From: Oopsacas minuta
Lineage: Eukaryota; Animalia; Porifera
Direction: 5' to 3'
Length of the DNA: 64,000 nt
Assembly (NCBI GenBank): GCA_024704765.1
Contig: JAKMXF010000011.1
Span: 248,001 to 312,000 of the forward strand
A model generated the notes under the pieces. It was not told the DNA's origin. It did not search any database and was given only the letters and a program-made list of their open reading frames with translations. Made by a program: the position numbers and the translations under genes. Position 1 is the first letter of the stretch. Each line of letters opens with the position of its first letter. This document shows, in pieces, positions 50,201-63,357 of this stretch.

Positions 50201-53200
50201 CCTCAACAACATTGCGAATGGTGTTCATTCCATTTAACTAGGGAAACAAATATTTTTAAATTGCTAAAGGTGGAATTCAATTCAATTCATCAGGAAGAGA
50301 GATTCAAAAAGGCTTATAAAATTCAAGGAAGCCGTGGTTTCCATTGTTTGGACCTTGCAAGAACTTGTATTAGCCGAGGAGGTAAGATTTTTGCAGGACT
50401 TCAGTAAACAAAATATTGCTCAAATAAACACAACTTAGATAAGCAAGAGTGGAAGGGCATATCAGCTTTCCCCGACTGATGAAAGTTTATTAATATGAAT
50501 ACAATTTCACAGATATTATTCGTATTGATGAGTAATAAACTTTAGGATTGTTTGTACAACGTACACCTTGAATAATGCAAAGATATTGAAATATGTATTT
50601 TTATGCATGTTATTAGGGAAGAGGCTTCTATAGGAGAAAGTGAATAATCTTTACAAAGGTATCAACTTCCATACCCAGGAATGTAAAAATACTAATTGAT
50701 TGAGTTCACTATAGTATTTGGAAATTTCTAAACCGGGATTTGAATTCGAACGAACTTCTTTTACATACTTACCTTATGTGCTTATAGGGATTCAATTAAT
50801 TAAAAATGCTATTGAAAATTTAGAATCAGCGTTAACTCTGTCCTGTAACCAATCATTTGTGGTGGCGTGCATTCATGCTTTCCAAATCAGGTATGTTCAA
50901 CAGGAAACAAATATATTATGTGAAATATAGGAAAAAAAGCTCTAGAAATTCGTATGCAGATTGTACAAATGCAGAGTGGATTATCAAATGAATAATTATA
51001 TTCTAAACACAGATATAGACTTTTAAGGATTCATATCTTACTCTATAAAATTACAATTGTTCAAGTTTAGAACAGCCAATTTCAAAACTATGGTACAGAA
51101 ACTCCTAATTTCGCTAGAAATACATATACTTTAATGATTAATTTATAGAAAAGTTTAGGGGATGACAGAATTATGTCCAACTCTATTAAGGGATTCTAAA
51201 ACAGAAATGTCCGAAATCGAAAAAACAATATTCATTCTCTATAATAGAGAACCAAATCGAATTATAGATTTTCTAATCGAATAAGGTTCAATTCGCTAAC
51301 ATTGAAGGATTATTTTTCCTTAGAGAGATACATAAAGCTGGACTCCTATTTTTACTACAATTCGGCAGCATGTATAGCCATATTTTAGTAGGATGATAAG
51401 TGGAATTTCGTTGTAAGCGGAGTAAATCAAATACTTTCAAGCAATAGGGGTAAAGAATCACTTAGTAATAACTGAGTTTAGTTATAAAGAGAGTTTACAG
51501 TAATGAATAATCAGTGTATCGAAAAAGAGAATAAAATTTAGGTCAAGGAGGTTATATCTCAGGATTTGGGAAAATATTGACAAATTTTGTAGATTGCAAC
51601 ATACGATAGCAAAGTAAACCTATAAATAACATTTGATGAACCTTTTCCTTTTGAAAACTATTTGTGCCAAATATCGATATGTATTTAAGGATCGCCGGTT
51701 TTGCAAATGTTTAACTGTTCTAGTAAATAAATTTCGAATCATAATACATAAACAAAATAATCTTGCGATTAATTTCCTTAATCTACAGCAGCATTGTTTT
51801 GAATTACTGATTGTAGGATTCAAAATTCAAATTCAAAATATATGCAATATCAGTAGGATGTTAAGTTATGTACTTAAGTACGCATTTCACTATTAGTGAA
51901 TACCAATCTTAGTGTATACGACTTAAGTGCATACATATTACTTAAGTACTAAGTATATTTGAATTACGACTAGTGAATATGACTGCTGATGATAAATATT
52001 CGCATTAAACAAAGATAAAACTTACTGGGTAGATGCAATAAGGTCAAGGACAAGTTTCTGACGTTCATCGTCATTCAATTCTGAAATTCCAGGTGTTTCA
52101 AATTGTTTTCTTAGCCAGTTTCCTATATACAAATGAATAGGAGCAATTAAATATAATCTAGTGAAGAACATATTAATTCAATAAAGGGCATAGCTCGTTT
52201 GGGAGGCGTGGCCTATGAATCCTTACCTGAAGCCCCTAAGAGGCACCTACTGTGATAAAATGCAATTGTGCTCGGCACTTCGTACGCCGAATTAAGCAAA
52301 GACAATAATAGAATTCAAATCCGACTAAGATATCCTGGATATAATGCACCTATCAATCGTTAGCCCTAGAGCCTCTGTCTGGGGGCAATAGGTAGAATGT
52401 AGAGAGGAAATGATAAGAATTCTCACCTGGAGTGGGGGAATTTGACACCTAGAATTATAACATTACATAATTTAAGATCATTTTGCCCTTAGTTAGCTAC
52501 AAGGATACTCTATAAAAAGACTTAACCAAACAAGTAAATTTGGATATTAGAATTAAGAGTAAGCATAAAAGTTCGATACTATAAGACTAAACAGGGTGAA
52601 TATATATATATATAAGGACGAGTTGAGGTAGAAAAAGGTCTTCTGCTCCTACCTATGTTCAGAATTTGGACAAAAAAGATTAGTAAGAATATCATTACGA
52701 TGTTGGCATTAGTCAGAACGAGTAGACCCATTTAGATCGAAATTAAGTCTGAATGTGAGAAAAGTTTTTTATGAAGAAATTGCTGGAAAATCTTCACTAT
52801 TCCGAGTACGTCTCAAAAAGGTTTGAAAACTTGGGGAAGCGGTTCCCGCGTTAATCGCTCTCATTTCAACTGCGCTCCAATCCTAGCTAAGCTCGTTCGC
52901 TGGTTTAACTGTTAACGAAGATAAGGGGGATTAAAGGATTGACAAAACACATCATCGTTGATCAAATTCCAACATAGATGGGTGATCAAAACATACAGTT
53001 CAGTAGTAGAAGTGATGGTAGTATCGGTGGTGGTACAACAAAAATAACTCTCACAGCAAACCTTCCTTCATGCTCGTCAATCTTGCAACAACCACATATA
53101 TGCATTCCAAAAATATTATCCCTTCCAAATAATCAATTCTAACATAGGTGTAAGTATGCCGAATAAATTTTTACTAGACATACACTCATGAAGTCTCCCG

Positions 53201-54031
53201 CTTCAAATTATGCTTCACCTATTCTGTAACTGAGTATTAAAACAATAATTATTTATCAAAGAACATACCAAGGTGGATACGACTCCTATTTCAAAACAAT
53301 TCAGTCGAATTCTGGATTTTTCGCTCCTAAATGCAAGGGCAAAGAAGAAAAACGATATGCTAGGTGGCTGCACGACGGACGGAAGTATCCTTTAGCTGTG
53401 CCTCTTGTTTTAGCTGAAGTATGATACAGCTACATTTGTAAGTGCTTTTGGGTTGCTACGCGACATTAAAAAGTCAGCAATACGTGCTTCGAGGTATATC
53501 ATTGCTAAAATTGTAATTATTTATTATCTATGGTCCGTCCAAATTGAATTTAATAGCCTTCTGTGGAGATACTGGAGCTCTTACATGGATTTGGGTTAGA
53601 ATCTCGGTAATTCGTACCTCATGTTTCAAGAAATTCTAAAACTTTAAGAAATCCGGGAAAAATAATTTGTACAGTCATGATAACGTAATAATTTCACGAT
53701 GAGTTTGCAATTGTTCAAAATGATGATGTCCGGACATTCGGCATATTGTGGAGTACCTATTACCCAAAATTTGAACCACTGGTACCCACAATATGGAAAA
53801 TGCTTTGGAATTTGAATTTCAAATTTCAACAATCTACCTTGTATATTGCTGAGCAGTAGCGAATAAAGTTATTATTCGAAAATCCAAAAGGTGATAATGA
53901 CGTCACCGTCTTAGGTTTGAATTTTCTTCCAAGACTAAAGATTGTCCGCCAGGCCTTAAATGCCTATGTATGACAAAATCAGCGGTTTCAAATTTCTTGA
54001 ATCTATTCCAAACATGCAACCCATACGTATA

Positions 54032-56959
54032 CACGGGTAACTGAAAAAACATTATGACAAAAAAAATGAGGTCGTTGAGATTTTTTCACTTTCTTATACA
54101 GAATTTTATGAGGAATCCGAATATACGCTCCAAAAAATTTTCCTACCATTAAAATTTTTTTTACAGATTATACAAAAATTTATGAAATCAAAAAAATTCT
54201 GGCTACAATAATTTTAACATATCCCCATTTTTAGTATATTATCGTGATTCTTCGCTGAAATACTTCTTTCTAGAATTCAATTTAATTACTAGTTACCTAA
54301 TAGAATTGATGTTTTTAACGAATTCCTATCCAAAATGTCATTACCATGGCAACAAAATGAAACGTAGGAATTTACGCAATAGTTTTCAATCTAGCTAAGT
54401 AGTACTTGTATGATATTACATTTAGGATATATACGTGTAATTATTGATGCTTAACCTTAACTTAACCAATTATTTTTATTCCAAATATAGTGTAATGTAG
54501 AACATGACCTAGCTTATCATACTATGATTTATTTATGAAATTGACGAAGTTAACATCTGATACTGTGTTTAATAAGCACTCTGGAAATTTTTCATTTTCC
54601 TCTTGACATTTATATCTTGTCTCCCAAACTCTGCCAAATCTAGAATGGGCGGATTCAAATGCTTGTTCTGAAACTGATCCTAAACCCATTCCATCTGGAA
54701 GATAATTCGTGATAAACGGAATTAGGTGCCTACATAGAACATGAACTTTTGTAGAGCAAGAAAGTCCTGATTGTTTAAATGATTGTTCAAAATGATATAC
54801 TGCCATTTTGAAATCTCCCTTTATGTGTTTCCCGAAGCAAGAATCAACAACATCCCTGAATTTTACAAGCGTGATATAAGACGAATTACTCTTTGGAAAC
54901 CCGAGTTTCAATACCTCCTTTGTGATTTTCCTCATTGCATTACCTTCAAATGCTCCTCCATGGTAAGCACTTCTATGAATATTCAGTTTTTTTAGTATTG
55001 CTTCATGGTGTTCTTTTTCGTCCTCAGACATTGTGATGAGGATGGCATCGTATAACTTCTGTCCTATCCCAAGTAACAGATGTAACTCGGGAAGATTAAA
55101 CATTTGCATGAAATCTACCAGCCATACATTTAGTGCTTGGCGATCCTCAATACCATCGCAGTCAATTGCATGATTCTTAGAATCTCCCTGATACATATCT
55201 TGAAGCTTTTGAAACATCTCTAGATGGTGAGCAGATGATCGTTCTTCCCACTGAACACTGTCTAAACCCCTTCTATTGTCCCAAGTACACCATATACAAG
55301 GGTGACGTCCGTTCATTATTCCCAAGCAATAACTAGCAGCCTTCAAATCTACCGTAAATGAAACGTTGTATTCTTCCATCAGCCGTTTTATCTGGTCATC
55401 TTGAAGCATAACGGAGAAGTTATAATTACACTCAGGGGCACTCGTAACCCATAGATAAACCAGGTTATCGACAGAATTATCATTCTGTAGACACATAAGT
55501 AGTTTAGTGAAACCACGACCAAAGTCTAATCCAAGCTTGAAATGAAGATCATGTACCGATATTTCTCCGCTGATATTAAAGATCTTTTCTATCAGGGCAT
55601 CGATATTGCAACATCTCACTATCCAGGAGTTCCTATATTCTGAATTGTATTTCTCTTTACTATAGTCCAGCTCAATCTGGATGCATTCGAATATTTCGTC
55701 GCACAACAAATGTCGTTCTCTATAGTAGCTATCCATTGATGGACATGGTACTCCAACATCTCTAATAATTCGAGTTACTACCTTTAACTGCTTATTAGAC
55801 AATGACATTCCTGAACACTTCAAATTCGCGATGTGAGAGAAATCCATTTTTGGTACTTTAGCTGGACGTTCGTCAGTACTGGAAGAGGAGATAGAAAGAT
55901 GAAACGGATTCCCACCTGAAGTTTTAGGCAAATGAATTGAAGATTTGTTGTGGCTACATTCATGTAATCTTTGGTATACATTATCACCAACGAATGTATC
56001 AATAGCGTTATGGTGTTCCAACATATTATGTGCGTTGGTAATCAATGTCTTTTTCAAACAGATATGACTAACTCCAGGACTAACACGACTCGCACATTTG
56101 TTACATATCTTGATCGTCTTTTGAGGTGAATTGATTGTTGGTCTTCCTGGCTTTATATGAATTATCGAAGATGAAGCTTGATTCTTGCGACCGAACCTTG
56201 AACTCTCGGTACACATTGAACATAAGTTCCCAATGCGGCAGGTGTTTAAGCGCGTGTTACGAATTAAGGGCCAATCATATCGTGCAGGTGTTTTCCTCGT
56301 CGTATCCCCTGAGGACAGAGTAAACAAGTAGAGCTTACAAGTATTACACACGATATAAGGGCGATTATCTTCTAAAATATTGATTGGTTCCAAATATTGG
56401 TTGTATAATTCACCTAACTTAGTGTCCTTTAGGTGATTATTCCTCAAAACTATTTTGCCAACTTTCGAACAACACCAGCGACAAATTCTAGTTTTTGCAT
56501 GTTCATGTTTCGTTTCTTCACTCATTTGCTTTAACTGAATTAATCAATAATTACACGTATATATCCTAAATGTAATATCATACAAGTACTACTTAACTAG
56601 ATTGAAAACTATTGCGTAAATTCCTACGTTTCATTTTGTTGCCATGGTAATGACATTTTGGATAGGAATTCGTTAAAAACATCAATTCTATTAGGTAACT
56701 AGTAATTAAATTGAATTCTAGAAAGAAGTATTTCAGCGAAGAATCACGATAATATACTAAAAATGGGGATATGTTAAAATTATTGTAGCCAGAATTTTTT
56801 TGATTTCATAAATTTTTGTATAATCTGTAAAAAAAATTTTAATGGTAGGAAAAATTTTTGGAGCGTATATTCGGATTCCTCATAAAATTCTGTATAAGAA
56901 AGTGAAAAAATCTCAACGACCTCATTTTTTTTGTCATAATGTTTTTTCAGTTACCCGTG
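54032..56959 (-). mobile_element. Complete Chapaev (CMC) transposon, 2928 bp, with 417-bp near-identical TIRs
   Basis: Ends CACGGGTAACTG / CAGTTACCCGTG; 3-bp TSD ATA (54029-54031, 56960-56962). TIRs at 54032-54448 and 56543-56959, with only about one mismatch seen by eye. Confidence 0.95.
54522..56525 (-). CDS. Chapaev transposase, 667 aa, uninterrupted
   Basis: N-terminal H-x7-C-x2-C...P-x3-C-x2-C (Chapa) finger, then CNKC..HIC, GLDFGRGFTK, VDLK..HPCIWC, PELHLLLG, YHGGAFEGN, KVHVLCRH and SEQAFESAH. Confidence 0.92.
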   Translation of the reverse strand: MSEETKHEHAKTRICRWCCSKVGKIVLRNNHLKDTKLGELYNQYLEPINILEDNRPYIVCNTCKLYLFTLSSGDTTRKTPARYDWPLIRNTRLNTCRIGNLCSMCTESSRFGRKNQASSSIIHIKPGRPTINSPQKTIKICNKCASRVSPGVSHICLKKTLITNAHNMLEHHNAIDTFVGDNVYQRLHECSHNKSSIHLPKTSGGNPFHLSISSSSTDERPAKVPKMDFSHIANLKCSGMSLSNKQLKVVTRIIRDVGVPCPSMDSYYRERHLLCDEIFECIQIELDYSKEKYNSEYRNSWIVRCCNIDALIEKIFNISGEISVHDLHFKLGLDFGRGFTKLLMCLQNDNSVDNLVYLWVTSAPECNYNFSVMLQDDQIKRLMEEYNVSFTVDLKAASYCLGIMNGRHPCIWCTWDNRRGLDSVQWEERSSAHHLEMFQKLQDMYQGDSKNHAIDCDGIEDRQALNVWLVDFMQMFNLPELHLLLGIGQKLYDAILITMSEDEKEHHEAILKKLNIHRSAYHGGAFEGNAMRKITKEVLKLGFPKSNSSYITLVKFRDVVDSCFGKHIKGDFKMAVYHFEQSFKQSGLSCSTKVHVLCRHLIPFITNYLPDGMGLGSVSEQAFESAHSRFGRVWETRYKCQEENEKFPECLLNTVSDVNFVNFINKS

Positions 56960-57249
56960 ATACACATATATGTTACAGTAAGAAAGTGAAATCAATGATT
57001 TCACGAAATCCTGGATGTTTTAAGAAATTCATGTAATTATTAATTCACCCAGAGAGTTCACGAATTTGCTGAAATAATTAGGAAATTCACGAATTCCTAA
57101 TTTATAGACCTAGTTATTTCATTAATTTACTAAACACTAATGAAGTAAGAGATGCAGTACTGTATTTTCCTAGTGAACACAACAGAATGAAGAGATGTTA
57201 GGAAATTATTTGTTAACACAAATGAGACTTCCGTGGTATCGAGAATTAC

Positions 57250-58680
57250 ACTTAAGATTTGGTTTGTAGACTTACATATGTTCGATTTAAACTTGCTCCG
57301 ACCATTACAATTGCATTTAGCAAAACTTTGTGCACCAGAAGCTGACTGAGCGATGACGGCTGTTCACAGTGACATTGTGATCTCAGTATTGATGCTTGTT
57401 GCTGATAACAAGCGTTGAGGACAAAGGTCAAACTGTATTCCTGAGTATTGCCCTTTAATATCCCAGATTTTACATCAATTGTATACTGGTCTGTTTCCAA
57501 GCCTCTATGTATGATCACACCAAGGATATTTGGGCAACCCCACGGTCCACTGTTGGAATTGGAAGAACCACATTATATTCAACTATCCCAGCTTGAAGCT
57601 CAAGACGAACTTGTGCTGTGTGTGCATTTTCCCTGTTTAGCATGATCTGCGCTGTATTCTTTTCAGTAATTTGTGAAGGAGTTTGATTAGAAATGACTTC
57701 TTCAAATTCAATTCGAGGATCCGAGTGTTTTTCTTCAGTGGTAGTATCTCTGAGTTGCATTGAAATGATATTAGTATCACAGGATTGCACTAATGTGATA
57801 CTAACTGGAGTGATTAAATTATCAGTCGAAGCTGTAGGTGAGTCGCCAACAATAGCTGCCAGATCATCTTCACTCTCTAGGGTGTTTATCACCTCTGATG
57901 GAAGAGACAGTGATGTTAGGCCAACACGTGCCTCACATCCAAACATGGCCGAATAAGGGGAGCAATTTATTCCAGAATGAAAAGCGGAATTCTTTTGGAA
58001 CTGTACAAATTTAATCCCAACAATCCAATTTTGCGTTCTGTTGTCTGGAAGTCAGGCAACAAGCATATCCTTTATGTCTCCATTTGCGTGTTCCACAGAA
58101 ACTTGAATTTGTGGATGAAGCGGCTTTTCATGAACCAGAGCTAGTTTAGCCACACTTGTTTCAGATCTGTGATCACAATGGCTGTAAATTCTGAGCCATT
58201 ATCACTCTGAAGATTGGCAAGTGCACCCAGAAGCAAAAGATGTCTACAAGTTGAAATGCCACTTCAGCTGCACGCTTTGTAGTGAGAGGTTTGAGAACAC
58301 AAAACTGGTAAGATGGTCCTGGTAAACCAAGATCCATTTATTATGGGAATGAGACATAGCTTGCATATCTATTAGATCAACTTGACCCATAGATGAGTAC
58401 ACCTTGGTAAGTATGGGACGTACAACAACAACTTTTGTCATAGGTCTTTTCCTTTTCTTTTAGCACTCCTCGCATAGGGATTTAGTGGTGATGTTGACAT
58501 ACTTTAGTTGTAGCCCTTTGATCATTCGGTCCCGACTACCATGTCCAGTTGCAACATGCCGACGTTTGATGAGATCAAAGGTATCCTCGAGAGGAACATA
58601 ATAAAGGGGCGAATCATCCGAATAAGTATGTTTCTTGATAAGCTTTTCTAGATCACCACATTGGAGTATCTCATATCTAA
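57250..58680 (-). pseudogene. KRBA2/SCAND3-type rve integrase remnant (Ginger2-like DNA element), frameshifted
   Basis: Motifs HVATGHGSRDRM, QVDLIDMQ, YQDHLT, LQSDNGSEF, HPQ.Q.SVEHAN, FQKNSAFHSGI..SPYSAMFG. No gag, RT or LTRs seen; termini not resolved. Confidence 0.8.
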
Positions 58681-59507
58681 ATGAAGTAGTTTGTTGAATA
58701 TAGTAAATAAATAATCATAATAGAGTACTTTTTGGAAATTTCTTCTCTATGCTCTCAGAAAAAGTTAAGCACTTTTACAAATGAAGACATTGCCAAATTA
58801 TTCTTTTAGGATTGATCCCCATTTCAGCAGTTTGCGGTAAACTCAAAATTCTAACTAAAATAATTTACTTAGTAAGAAGATTGTAGTCAGTTCTACTTTT
58901 CCTATGGCTGAGACCAGAGTCTGATTTCAGACTGTCAATGATTTTATAGTATTCACACTTTGGTATAAGATACTTCTTACATTCATCGTATCGTTTGAAC
59001 AATTCTCGCTTGAATATTTCCTCCAGTTTGAGGCTTTCTAAAGATGTTCACAAATTGCGAAATAGTAATTTGAGTTTATAGTTATAAAATTGTGAATTTA
59101 AACTTTTTGTATTTGTATCAACTTCATAACCACAAGTTCTATATGTATAAATTTTGTAGCTGTAAGGCAATAGTGATTTCTCTATAGTGCTCTCAAATTG
59201 GAACACTTTGTTAACAAAATCACTTCTAACCATTGAGATGACGTGATTTCGATTAGGAAATAGTCTGTAGGTACAGATTTTGGGTATTGTTAACCATCAA
59301 AATACATTTATTCAGGGAAAAAAGCACAATTTCACTATTAGTCAAGAATATCAATCATTGTGCTACGAGCTAGCTGGCATTTCAATTCGTCTACATAAAC
59401 ACCAGTATTCCCTCATCACGTTTGACGAGCAATTATACGTATTTAACACCTTGCGTCCAAGCAACCTTAAGTTGTATCTAAACGTTACATTTTGGGCAAC
59501 AGGAATA

Positions 59508-59689
59508 CAGTAGAAACCGGATATTTTCGACCATGATATTTTTAACATCCGGATATAATTAACAGAAGTTTTCGTGCAAAAAATGTGTAAATATTGGCTT
59601 TAGTGAATTAACGATCGGACATATTCAATAATCGGATACTTTTAACAGATGTTTCGCGTAAAAAGTGATATAATATCCGGATTCTATTG
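59508..59689. mobile_element. pogo/Tigger-like MITE (182 bp)
   Basis: TA|CAGTAGAAACCGGATAT ... ATATCCGGATTCTATTG|TA, with internal CCGGATA repeats. Confidence 0.8.
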
Positions 59690-60109
59690 TACTCTTTTCT
59701 ACACACTGCACTAAACATGAATTCTGAAATTTTGCAAGTCCTCAAAGGCAAGGTACATCTATCCTTGTGGGGACCTCTGATGGAGGATATTCAGGCAACG
59801 CAATCCCAATCATGGTGAGCCCTGATAATGGAAAGGTGATCTGCAAGTACATCACTAGTGGCCAAAAGTAAACAAAACAATAGTCATTCAAATCAAATGT
59901 AAATGTATAAGATAGTAACTAAGTAAGTTACCAGCGAACCATGTGAGTTTCGAGTTAGTTAAATTCCACAACTTTGGTATTGGTTAAATCATAGAAACAT
60001 TAAGTTTGACGGTGGCTGTCGATCTATACAAGATCATATATATATACTCAGTATATGCTAACCGATTTTCATATATGGGTCATGTTCACAAAAATGATAA
60101 ATATACTAT

Positions 60110-60392
60110 AAGAATTTTTGTTAGAATTTGCCTGAAATTCCAAGAAAATTTCTTAGTAAATCTATATAAAATAATGCAATTCTTAGAATACTAAATTCGT
60201 ATTCACGTCAATTCTTAGCCAAATTCTTAGAATTTGAGTCAATTCAAATAAATATTCTAAGAATAATTCTAAATTCAGAAAAATTCTTAACCAAATTGGT
60301 AGAATTTTTCCAAGAATTGCCTGAAATTCCAAGAAATTTCTCAATTTTAAGAAATTTCTAAGAATTCGAGACCTTTCTTAGACTGTACTTAA
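60110..60392. repeat. Cluster of TTCTTAGAA/TTCTAAGAA/TTCCAAGAA motifs resembling the Harbinger subterminal arrays
   Basis: The motif is repeated many times in about 280 bp; no TIR or ORF attached. Confidence 0.55.
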
Positions 60393-61648
60393 GTACTGTA
60401 GAGGGTTCACTTTAAACACATTTTTTAACAATTTCCAATATTCTTTCATTCTCGATGGTATCTCTATACAGTAATAAATATCCAAGACAAAAATTTCACA
60501 TGATGATTACATGATGACAAAATAACTGATTAATACGTAAGATGATCTCGCAAGTTCCAAATATTTATCTCAATTGTATGATTCTAAGTTTACTCATTCC
60601 ATATTCACAGAACAACTTGATAGTTTAGGAACGATCCATAAGTAAATAACACTCTATACAAGCGAGCAATCAGTTAGTGGTTACTTTACAAATTCTAGCT
60701 GCGGACGCCTTTCATAAAATGTCATTGATCCATCGTATTCGTATATATATATTTAGGGACCGTTCAAACATAAAGTAACTCTGCAAGAGGTCAGGGGTGG
60801 TAGGCGAAGTGTAATAGCCACATTCCTTTGTATTACAAAACGGTGAAAAAGCTTGACACAGGGAGGGGTGCCAAAATTTTGGGGAATTACTACTTACCAC
60901 GTGTGAAGTTAGCAGACGATTCGACTAGGGTCACATCAGTCAATAATTTGGCTCACTCATACCCATCATATTTAAACGAAATTAATATTATTGGAAAGAA
61001 GAGAGCTGGAATTAGTTACGATTTGGTTAGAATTTCTAGGGTCACGACTTCATTGAATTTACCACATAAAAGTAAGAATTCGATTCTGAAATTGTCTATG
61101 CATAATATGATATGGACGTTTATGAAAATAAAATTTCGTTAAAAAGTATTAACAACTCACAGAACTAGAGGAATTCAAATTTTAAATCGGGAATGAGAGT
61201 GGTAGGGAAGAATCAAATTATACATAACGTAGGGTCAGTTCAAACTCATATTTCTTACCCTAAATAGGACTGAATTTCAATTATCTTATCAATTGTTGAT
61301 ATTTATGACAACATCGATATTTTCGTGAAACACTAAAAATTATAACCTGTAACGGATTGCAAAATAAATTCTCAGTATTGTGTGAATTACGGATTCTAAC
61401 TTTGAGATCATTTCTTGAAGGTATTCATAATCAGAACCCTTAAAATTTATAGATACCTTCTTTCATATCTCATAATTCTTTTGGTAAAAAACAGGGGATA
61501 GCTAGTATTTTTAACTGATTTTCACTTATTGTTTCTTCTCAAATTTCCTCAGTTCCCGAAAATGCTGGTGAATATCTTTAATTAAAGCGGAAACTTAAAT
61601 TTTTAGTTTTGGATATTTTCCTGCATCGAATGATATTAGATATTTATA

Positions 61649-63190
61649 ATGAATAACAAGGAGGCATTTGATTTCCTAAACTCTCACTAGTCTGTTAGAG
61701 AACAACACATGTTTTCTTGGAACAATTGTAAATCCCTGAAGCAGAGGTCCACTCTATTCGTAGTCTATTCTTCTAACTATAGTCTGACCGCAATGTCTAC
61801 AGCAAACGAATTGATCTACTCACTTGGAAGGGCTTCTTTTTCAATCTCTTCGCATGCCAGTCCTCTGAAAATGCCTCAGTGAAACAGGCATAGTGTTTCA
61901 GTGTGAACTAATCCAAGAAGGTAGAAAACCATTGTGTGAATTAACAAACAATGGACTCAGACAAAATCAAGAACAATTTAGGAATTTAATTTCATCTGTA
62001 GCTCAGAACGAGAATGTTGAACGGATTGAAATAGCAACCTATGTCCTAAAGTTATATGGTGGCAAAGCTAGAAACCATGAAATGATTAACTCTCACCAGC
62101 AATTTAACAAACATGGGATATTCGAAGTGCCGTTAAGCGGTTACCTTTGGACAAGTCATTGTTTTTGTCAGATTTCTTGGAAATTGAGAAACGTAAGTAC
62201 ACAAGGATGAGAAAATTGTGTAAGCCAGAAAGCATAGTCTTCCCACCATATAATATAATTCCTGACCATCGTGCTAGAAATATACTCTAATCTGATATTC
62301 TTGAAATTCAAAATTCAGATGACGTCAATATTGCTATCGGAATTTCGTATAGATTCATCTTGAAACAAATTGTGTTAAGGTTATTGGAAATTGTTCCTGA
62401 ACTACATGAAAGTCAATATCCCTTAAGTTTAAAGATCTCTGATGGCTTAGATGGCTCAGGATGTCATAAAATCTACAATCAATTTGATGGAATACTGAAG
62501 TTCAACACCAAAGTTTCATTCTTTTTGGATTCAAGGTTATTTCACTAATTGGCTCATCTGGCACTACTGTTTGGCCAAATGATATCCAAAATTCACCATT
62601 TTGTGTACGACCTATTACATTTTTGGCTCAAACGAAACCAAAAGAACATCAAATTTCTAATGGACAGCATTATTAGCTCCGAAGTTGATTCAATTGCACA
62701 AGAGGGTATTCTACTTCCCAAAGGACTTGTAAATGTAACATTCACCGAACCATGATAGATGGTAAGATGTCAGGGATTTTAAGTGGAGCAGTTAGCGCCC
62801 ATTGCTAACTATGTACTGCCAATAAGTCTGAATTTTCAAACTTAGAAATTGTATTGTCAGGATTTCCAATCAACAGGAGCATTACTACTGCTAAAGAAAT
62901 CTTTTCTATAGTTGATGAAGAAGAATATCTCTTGCTCACTTCTATACAACGTCATGGCTTGACCCATCTACCACTATCAAGCATAGATATAATTCCTGCT
63001 TGGATGTGTATCATGATTCCACCAGATCTGAGTGAACCAATACGTACTTCACCACCAAAACTTACTGTTTTGTACGTGTCGTTAACTCTAATCAAGCAAT
63101 TGACACAGTCAAATTGGCGTCGCTTTGCAAGGAGACCTATGAATCAATACTCATCGATTATCCATGGGGGATACGGACAAATGACTACAT
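61649..63190 (+). pseudogene. Third RAG1-like/Transib transposase copy, decayed
   Basis: Motifs MNNKEAF, GRKPLCELTNNGLRQ (NBD-like), YPLSLKISDGLDGSGCHKIYNQ, SGFPINRSI and QRHGLTHLP, all colinear with 42228-44357. Termini not found. Confidence 0.88.
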
Positions 63191-63357
63191 GATAAATATT
63201 ACAATTCCGGTACTTTGTAATATAGATACATGTTTTCTACTGATTTAAAGTGATGTGTATATATATTATACTAAATTTAATAAAAAGTCAAAATAACAAA
63301 AGACGAAGTAATGATGCATAAATAAAGATAGAATATCATAGTAGTATATCCTATAAC

